From a virus (taxonomy: Duplodnaviria; Heunggongvirae; Uroviricota; Caudoviricetes): a stretch of 15,905 nucleotides of DNA. The translations under genes and the position numbers were made by a program. The stretch is from the IMG/VR virus record IMGVR_UViG_3300021961_000056. One strand, 5' to 3'. Under the pieces are notes generated by a model, which was not told where the DNA came from, did not search any database, and saw nothing but the letters and a program-made list of their open reading frames with translations. This document shows positions 6,994-13,296 of the stretch, piece by piece (the stretch's first letter is position 1; every line of letters begins with the position of its first letter).

Positions 6994-7887
6994 ATGAGAT
7001 ATTCAGAAATTTTCTATTCATTCCAAGGCGAGGCCGAACTGGCGGGGACACCTGCTGTCTGGCTTCGTTTCTTTGGTTGCAATTTAAATTGTGAAGGATT
7101 TGGACAAAAGAATCCAACTGACCCTTCAACATATCAACTACCATACAAAGACTTCAATGTGGATTCTGTTAAGACCATTGAACAGCTTCCCGTGTGGTCT
7201 TTTGGTTGTGATTCATCTTATTCATGGTCACAGCGATATAAGCATTTGGCACATGATGCCTCGGTGTCTGAGGTTGCTGACCGATTGATTGAAGCCAACA
7301 AGAATCAACATAATCCCGAAGGTTTGTTCACGCATCCCACAACAGGTCAAGATGTGATGTTGTGCTTCACTGGTGGTGAACCAATGTTACAACAAAAGGC
7401 GATGATGGAGATTCTAATTGAATTGTCCATGCGTGGAAATATGCCGAAGATTGTAACGGTGGAAACTAATGCCACAAAGCCATTATCAGATGAACTTCGT
7501 AGATTTATTGCCACAGATTTTCGATTCATGGGTGGGAAGCGTTGGCACTGGTCCATGAGTCCTAAGTTGTTCAATGTATCAGGTGAAAAAGATGTGGTGA
7601 TGCCAGAAGTGATTCGTGATTATACATTCAGCATGGCAACTACAATTTTAAAGTTTGTCTGTAATGGAACGAAAGAATGTTGGAATGAACTTGACAGAGA
7701 AATGGAAAGTGTTAGATTTCTTTGTAGGCAATTCACACCTCACGTTTGGGTGATGCCTGTTGGCGCCACCAAGGATGCTCAAGAGGATCCTTATATTGGT
7801 GATTTGTGCATTGAAGCAATGAATCGTGGTTACAATGTTGCCACACGAAATCATTGTTATGTCTTTGGCAACATTATTGGGAGATAA
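6994..7887 (+). CDS. queE: 7-carboxy-7-deazaguanine synthase QueE (radical SAM)
   Basis: EIFYSFQGE..GTPAVWLRFFGCNL.C, CDSSYSW, FTGGEP, TVETNAT and SMSPKL. Start revised to ATG 6994 (GAGG at 6985-6988). Confidence 0.92.
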   Translation: MRYSEIFYSFQGEAELAGTPAVWLRFFGCNLNCEGFGQKNPTDPSTYQLPYKDFNVDSVKTIEQLPVWSFGCDSSYSWSQRYKHLAHDASVSEVADRLIEANKNQHNPEGLFTHPTTGQDVMLCFTGGEPMLQQKAMMEILIELSMRGNMPKIVTVETNATKPLSDELRRFIATDFRFMGGKRWHWSMSPKLFNVSGEKDVVMPEVIRDYTFSMATTILKFVCNGTKECWNELDREMESVRFLCRQFTPHVWVMPVGATKDAQEDPYIGDLCIEAMNRGYNVATRNHCYVFGNIIGR

Positions 7888-7888
7888 T

Positions 7889-8590
7889 ATGAAATCACAG
7901 CAGCGATATAACGCAAACGCCATTCGCAATGCTTTGGGGAAGTGCGACCCGGAGCTTGGACAAAAGGTCCATAAGCATCTTCAATCTCTTGGCGTGGAAA
8001 CACCTACTATTCAGTCGGGTGAATATGCTGACAAGAAGGTGAAGAAGATTGAAAAGCACTTTACAGGCATCATGGAAACACTTGGCATGGACTTGACTGA
8101 TGACAGCCTTCAAGATAGTCCAGCTCGTGTCGCCAAGATGTTTGTGAATGAATTGTTTTGGGGATTGGATCCTGCCATGTTCCCGAAGTGTACTGCCATT
8201 GAAAACAAGATGGGGTATGATGAGATGGTGTTGGAAAAGAACATCACAGTCACTTCATGCTGTGAGCATCACTTCGTTACCATTCATGGTGTAGCTCACG
8301 TGGCATATATCCCACGTAAGAAGGTGTTGGGTCTTAGCAAGTTGAATCGTGTTGTGGAATATTTCTCACGCCGTCCACAAGTCCAGGAACGTTTGGCTGA
8401 ACAAATTTATCATGCACTTGCCTTCATTCTGGAAACAGATGATGTGGCTGTGGTGATTGATGCTGAGCATTTCTGTGTAAAGGCACGTGGTGTGGAAGAC
8501 CCTCACTCCAACACCATCACAAGCAAGTTGGGTGGTGCCTTCAAGGCGGATCCGGCTCTTCGCGCCGAGTTCATGCATCTCATCAAGTAA
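7889..8590 (+). CDS. folE: GTP cyclohydrolase I FolE
   Basis: DSPARVAKMF, SCCEHH, AYIP, GLSKLNRVV, RRPQVQERL and HFCVKARGV. Start revised to ATG 7889 (GGAG at 7880-7883). Confidence 0.97.
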   Translation: MKSQQRYNANAIRNALGKCDPELGQKVHKHLQSLGVETPTIQSGEYADKKVKKIEKHFTGIMETLGMDLTDDSLQDSPARVAKMFVNELFWGLDPAMFPKCTAIENKMGYDEMVLEKNITVTSCCEHHFVTIHGVAHVAYIPRKKVLGLSKLNRVVEYFSRRPQVQERLAEQIYHALAFILETDDVAVVIDAEHFCVKARGVEDPHSNTITSKLGGAFKADPALRAEFMHLIK

Positions 8591-8591
8591 C

Positions 8592-9113
8592 ATGGCGTTC
8601 AATGATGATGTGAACGTGATGTTGGATTTGGAAACAATGAGTACTGAATCCAACGCCGCCATCTGTTCCATTGGTGCAGTAAAATTTTCCATTGATGAGG
8701 GCATCTTGGATAAGTTTTATTGCACCGTGGATGCAGCAGATTGCAAGAAGCATGGATTAAACATTTCTGCTGACACCGTTCAATGGTGGGCAAAGCAACC
8801 AAAAGAAGTTCTTGAAATGTTACGCAAAGATAACATCCCATTACAACAAGCACTCACAAACTTTTCTAAATGGTATGGCGTGAAAGGAATGCCTACATGG
8901 GGCTGTGGTGCGGGATTTGATAACGTCATCATTGAAAACGCCTACAAGGCGGTTGGAATGAAACGTCCTTGGACACCTTGGTTGGATCGCTGTTATCGAA
9001 CCATTAAAGAAGTAATTGTTCTTCCCTTTGAAGATAGAACAGGCACGTATCATAACGCATTGGATGATGCCATTTATCAGACCAATCATCTGATTAAATT
9101 ATTCCGGAGTTGA
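8592..9113 (+). CDS. DEDDh 3'-5' exonuclease (DexA-like / Rv2179c-like)
   Basis: Exo I VMLDLETM, SIGAVKF, TVQWW, WGCGAGFDNVI (Exo II) and HNALDDAIYQ (Exo III). Start revised to ATG 8592. Confidence 0.88.
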   Translation: MAFNDDVNVMLDLETMSTESNAAICSIGAVKFSIDEGILDKFYCTVDAADCKKHGLNISADTVQWWAKQPKEVLEMLRKDNIPLQQALTNFSKWYGVKGMPTWGCGAGFDNVIIENAYKAVGMKRPWTPWLDRCYRTIKEVIVLPFEDRTGTYHNALDDAIYQTNHLIKLFRS

Positions 9114-9114
9114 T

Positions 9115-10413
9115 ATGAAATTTGAATATGTTGCATCAGGATTATCATTTCTTCGTGTGAGATTTAAGGAGTCACACTCTGGAACAACTGCTGCTCGCTT
9201 GAATGATATTTGGGCATTGCTTCGTGGCAAGCATAATCATGAGTTTTCTTTTCTGTATAATGCTTTTATTGAAAAGGAATTTGGTGAGTTTTTCAGGGGT
9301 GTGTATCGTGGCAAGGGTGTGAATCAAATCTACGCCGACTCAGGTGGTCTGCAAATGATTACACTAGGCAAGACCATCACACCACAATTGAAACAAGAAG
9401 TGTATAACAATCAAGGAAATTATTCTGATTGTGCCATGAGTTTTGATGAGATTCCAGTATCATTGAAGTCCACACGTTCATCACGCTCTGATACATCGAG
9501 CAAATATTTTGATAGAGAAAAGTTTGAATGGTGTGCACGTGAATCTGGGAAAAACATTCGTGACCAGATTGAAACATTCTTGAAGATGAAGTCTGATGCA
9601 CGTCCTTTCTTTATTGCACAAGGCAATGATTTGGAAAGCTATGTTCGATGGACAGAGTTGGCAATGGAAGAAATTCCCAAGGAACTTCATGAACGTATCG
9701 GTGGTGTGGCATTGGGAGCTGTGGCACTAGGCACAGGCACTCTTGAAGATTGTAAGCGAGCATTTTATTATACACAACTCCCGCTTTCGCAAACAACACA
9801 TCATTTCCATTTGTTGGGTGTGGGTTCTGTTTCACGATTGCTTCCCGTAATTGCCATGCAGAATCATCCAGTGTATCAAGATACTTTGATTAGCTACGAT
9901 AGCACAACTCATACATCAGGTGTGCAGATGGGAAGATATTATGGTCCCGACTTTCAATGGATTACTCCAGGTCGTTTGTTCCGAGATGATGAAGGCAAGT
10001 ATCAAACAGAAAACGGTGGTCAAGGTGCAGAAGATTACAAGTTCATCAATGCTGATGTACGAAAGTATGTGAAAGATTACATTGTGGATGATGACTTCTT
10101 CATGGAGGCGATGAATGTCCCGGTTCGTGCCTATCAGAAGTTACATAATGGAAATTATATGCCTCCACTTGAAGCCTTCAGCGCCTACTTTGTAGGTAGC
10201 ACTATGAACTTCATTCGTCATGTGGATGCTGTCACACAAGATTTCACATTGGCACATGGATTGGTTGATGAAACAACATATTCAGCCATCAATGACATGA
10301 GAAATGTCAAGACAAAGCAGGATTTTGAACATTGGTTACGTCATGCTGGAACAAGTTTAGATAGCACGCCAATTGAAGATGGTCAACCCGCAAGCCTCCC
10401 GGAGGATTTCTAA
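9115..10413 (+). CDS. dpdA: TGT-fold guanine transglycosylase, DpdA-like (DNA 7-deazaguanine insertion)
   Basis: TGT motifs occur in order: D75-SGGLQ, MSFD111E, AQ169G, GGVALG, H232LLGVG and SYD262S. There is no Cys after D262, so the tRNA-TGT zinc site is absent. Context is queE/folE/queD. Confidence 0.85.
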   Translation: MKFEYVASGLSFLRVRFKESHSGTTAARLNDIWALLRGKHNHEFSFLYNAFIEKEFGEFFRGVYRGKGVNQIYADSGGLQMITLGKTITPQLKQEVYNNQGNYSDCAMSFDEIPVSLKSTRSSRSDTSSKYFDREKFEWCARESGKNIRDQIETFLKMKSDARPFFIAQGNDLESYVRWTELAMEEIPKELHERIGGVALGAVALGTGTLEDCKRAFYYTQLPLSQTTHHFHLLGVGSVSRLLPVIAMQNHPVYQDTLISYDSTTHTSGVQMGRYYGPDFQWITPGRLFRDDEGKYQTENGGQGAEDYKFINADVRKYVKDYIVDDDFFMEAMNVPVRAYQKLHNGNYMPPLEAFSAYFVGSTMNFIRHVDAVTQDFTLAHGLVDETTYSAINDMRNVKTKQDFEHWLRHAGTSLDSTPIEDGQPASLPEDF

Positions 10414-10787
10414 TGTTTATATCACGTTACATTGAAGTCACTTTTCAAAAGGAAGGGATACACAAGTATCCTGCTGCTTTAGATGATCCGAAGTTGGCTG
10501 ATGTCCAATTTCTTGGTTACCCACATAGGCATATGTTTCATTTCCGTGTCCGCGTATCTGTGACACATAATGACCGAGACATTGAATTCATTCTATTTAA
10601 GCGTGAATTGGAAAATCTGTATCAAGGTACCATGAACATTGATTACAAGAGCTGTGAAATGTTGGCAGAAGAATTGATTGGATATATTGTAAAAAATTAT
10701 CCTAGTCGTTATGTTGAAGTAGGTGTGAGTGAGGATGGAGAGAATGGTGCTGTATTAACTAATGTACTTCCGAGTGTGCTAATATGA
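10413..10787 (+). CDS. dpdL: QueD-paralog T-fold protein, DpdL-like (predicted CDG decarboxylase family)
   Basis: F..EGIH17, L34GYPH38RH40MF (LxxxHRHxF, which I recall as the DpdL signature), SCEMLAE and VSEDGENGA. Aligns by eye to QueD but lacks its catalytic Cys. TAATG-coupled to dpdA. Confidence 0.7.
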   Translation: MFISRYIEVTFQKEGIHKYPAALDDPKLADVQFLGYPHRHMFHFRVRVSVTHNDRDIEFILFKRELENLYQGTMNIDYKSCEMLAEELIGYIVKNYPSRYVEVGVSEDGENGAVLTNVLPSVLI

Positions 10788-11812
10788 TATTCATTGTCCC
10801 TATTGAACCTATTGACCAACGCTATACTAAGCAATGGTACTATAACATCCCAAAAGATTTAGATAAGAAGGGATTGAAGTATCGTATTGTAGGTGATGAC
10901 AATAGTGACTCAGGTACTACAACAGGTGCCTTCTTGAACTTCGCCTTCACCAACAAATACAAGGCACAACAAGTGCAACAAATTGCCGACTTGTTTAGCA
11001 TGGGACAAGTCATGCCCGGTGACAAGTTCTTGGTTACGGATGCTTGGAACTTTGCCATTACTGCCATTAGATACATGAGTGATTTGTTGGATATTCCCGT
11101 GGAGATTCATGGCATCTGGCATGCTGGTGCCTATGACCCATCTGATATTTTGGGTATGAAGATGAGAGGAGATGTGGCACACAATGTGGAACGTAGTTGG
11201 TTTCATGCCTGTGATTACAATTACTTTGCCACAGAATTTCATCGCACCATGTTTTTGAATAATTTGAGCATTGAAAAACAACATCATCACAAGGCAATTC
11301 GTTCTGGGCAACCTCATCTAGAATTGGTGACATCACTTGCTCGGCATCTATCAACTCCTAAGGCTGACATGGTGTTATGGCCACACAGGTATAATTCTGA
11401 CAAACAACCTGAGATTGCCGAGGCATTGAAGTTGACCATCACACAAAAGATGAATCTGTCAAAGCCAGATTATTATGATTTGGTGGGCAAGGTGAAGGCG
11501 GTGTTCAGTTGTTCACTACATGAAAATCTTGGTATCAGCATGATGGAAGGTGTCATGGCAGGAGCCATTCCCATTGTGCCAGATAGATGCAGTTATTCAG
11601 AAATGTATCTTCCAGCATTTAAATATCCAAGCGAATGGACATCTAGTTGGGATAATTTTCAAAAGTATAAGCAAGAAGTGGATGAATTCATTCGGTATCG
11701 GGTCATCAATTATGACCAGTATCAAGGTGCCATGGAAGTGCAACGTGGTATTCTATCACAAAGTTTTATGAACGCTGACATCATGTACTCTAAACTTCTG
11801 AGGAATCTATGA
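10784..11812 (+). CDS. GT-B glycosyltransferase, GTDC1/QTMAN (DUF3524)-like
   Basis: Retaining GT-B motif E-x7-E (HENLGISMME), VLWPHRYNSDKQPE, CDYNYFATEFHRTMFL, SKPDYY and G..PIVPDRCSYSEMY. Confidence 0.85.
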   Translation: MIFIVPIEPIDQRYTKQWYYNIPKDLDKKGLKYRIVGDDNSDSGTTTGAFLNFAFTNKYKAQQVQQIADLFSMGQVMPGDKFLVTDAWNFAITAIRYMSDLLDIPVEIHGIWHAGAYDPSDILGMKMRGDVAHNVERSWFHACDYNYFATEFHRTMFLNNLSIEKQHHHKAIRSGQPHLELVTSLARHLSTPKADMVLWPHRYNSDKQPEIAEALKLTITQKMNLSKPDYYDLVGKVKAVFSCSLHENLGISMMEGVMAGAIPIVPDRCSYSEMYLPAFKYPSEWTSSWDNFQKYKQEVDEFIRYRVINYDQYQGAMEVQRGILSQSFMNADIMYSKLLRNL

Positions 11813-12252
11813 CCTATTATTCTACAAAGACATTTGGTAATGACCGTGGATTGAGCTGTGCGTTTCGTCAGTGGCGTGCCACTTCACATTGTAACCAAGT
11901 TCATGGATATAGTTTAGGATTTCGTTTCATTTTTGAATCCAAGTCTTTGGATGAAAGAAATTGGGTATATGATTTCGGTGATACTAAATGGATTTTAGAA
12001 TATCTTCGTGAAGCGTTTGACCATACAACTGCTGTAGCAGCAGATGACCCACACCTGGAACTATTCAAGCAAATGGATGAAGCAGGTATCCTCACACTTC
12101 GCATCTTCTCATCAGTAGGGTGTGAAAAGTTTGCCGAGATAGTGTATACTGATGTTGCCCCTCAGATTGCTGAACGAAGCAAGAAACGTGTTCGTCTTAA
12201 GAGTGTGGAAGTATTTGAACATGGAGCTAATTCCGCCATCTACGAGGGATAA
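11809..12252 (+). CDS. queD: 6-carboxy-5,6,7,8-tetrahydropterin synthase QueD (HGY variant)
   Basis: HCNQVHGY, WVYDFG, FDH, CEKFAE and VEVFEH; T-fold PTPS family size (147 aa). Confidence 0.88.
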   Translation: MTYYSTKTFGNDRGLSCAFRQWRATSHCNQVHGYSLGFRFIFESKSLDERNWVYDFGDTKWILEYLREAFDHTTAVAADDPHLELFKQMDEAGILTLRIFSSVGCEKFAEIVYTDVAPQIAERSKKRVRLKSVEVFEHGANSAIYEG

Positions 12253-13296
12253 ATGAAAATTGCTATTCTTACCGACACTCACTTTGGTGCTCGGAATGAC
12301 TCACAACACTTTGACGCATATTTTAGGAAATTCTATGATAATGTATTCTTTCCCTACCTTGATAAGCACAATATCAAAACAGTTTTCCACCTTGGTGATG
12401 TTTTTGATAGGCGCAAGTATATTAATTTTGCCACACTTCGCTCTTGCAAAAATTATTTCTTTGATCCTCTCCACGAATTAAATGCAGATATGTGGGTGAT
12501 TCCAGGTAATCACGACACATACTATAAGAACACCAATGAAGTGAATAGCCCAGATTTACTTCTTCAAGAATATTCCAACATTCATATCATTGATAAGTGT
12601 AAAGAAATTACTTTCGGTGAGCGAGATTTCAGCTTCATTCCGTGGATTTGTCCAGAGAATCATGCTGAGTCATTGGACTTTTTGAAGCGACATAAAGGTG
12701 TTTGTTTAGCACATTTTGAATTGATGGGCTTTCATATGTTCCGTGGTGTAGCAAATGAAGCTGGCATGGACAGAGAAATAGTGAAACATTACGACATGGT
12801 ATTAACTGGACATTTTCATCATAGAAGCACTGATGACAATGTGTACTATCTTGGTAGTCCTTATGAAATGATTTGGACTGATTTTGAGGATGTACGTGGC
12901 TTTCATATTCTTGATACTGACACATTGGAATTAACCTTTATTGAAAATCCACATCGCATCTTCCATAAAATTTACTATGATGACAGAAAACCTATCGTAG
13001 ATGCGTCTGAATACAAGAAATGTTGCGTAAAGGTGATAGTCGTACACAAAACGGACTATCAAAAGTTTGACAAATTGATTGATTCATTGTATCTTAATGA
13101 AGTGATTGAATTGACAATTCACGAAGATTTTTCCGAGTTTGAAAGTGAAGCATTGGATAGTGAGAACGTGAACATTGAAGATACCATGACGTTGTTATCT
13201 GAATATGTGGACGCCGTGGAATCAATGAAAGATAAAGAACGATTGAAAACGTTGCTCAAAACATTATATGTTGAGGCGCAAAATCTTGAACTATGA
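12253..13296 (+). CDS. g47: Recombination endonuclease subunit gp47 (Mre11/SbcD-like)
   Basis: Phosphoesterase motifs DTHFG, HLGDVFD, PGNHD, AHFE and GHFH. Confidence 0.96.
   Translation: MKIAILTDTHFGARNDSQHFDAYFRKFYDNVFFPYLDKHNIKTVFHLGDVFDRRKYINFATLRSCKNYFFDPLHELNADMWVIPGNHDTYYKNTNEVNSPDLLLQEYSNIHIIDKCKEITFGERDFSFIPWICPENHAESLDFLKRHKGVCLAHFELMGFHMFRGVANEAGMDREIVKHYDMVLTGHFHHRSTDDNVYYLGSPYEMIWTDFEDVRGFHILDTDTLELTFIENPHRIFHKIYYDDRKPIVDASEYKKCCVKVIVVHKTDYQKFDKLIDSLYLNEVIELTIHEDFSEFESEALDSENVNIEDTMTLLSEYVDAVESMKDKERLKTLLKTLYVEAQNLEL

Noticed and set aside
7785-8553. Three GGATCC (BamHI) sites within 770 bp as a sign of no restriction-site avoidance
   Set aside because: All arise from Asp-Pro codons, so they are uninformative without a genome-wide k-mer test.
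7826-8591. Longer starts in the ORF track for folE (7826) and the exonuclease (8487), likewise queE (6976), g55 (6264) and uvsW (4375)
   Set aside because: They extend into upstream genes or promoter DNA. Downstream starts sit at stop/start junctions or behind RBSs and match family N-termini.
9115-10413. Interpretation as an ordinary queuosine tRNA-modification (tgt) cluster
   Set aside because: There is no zinc motif and no queC/queF/queA in the window, and the cluster is coupled to DNA-metabolism genes. A DNA target is favoured, though tRNA is not formally excluded.
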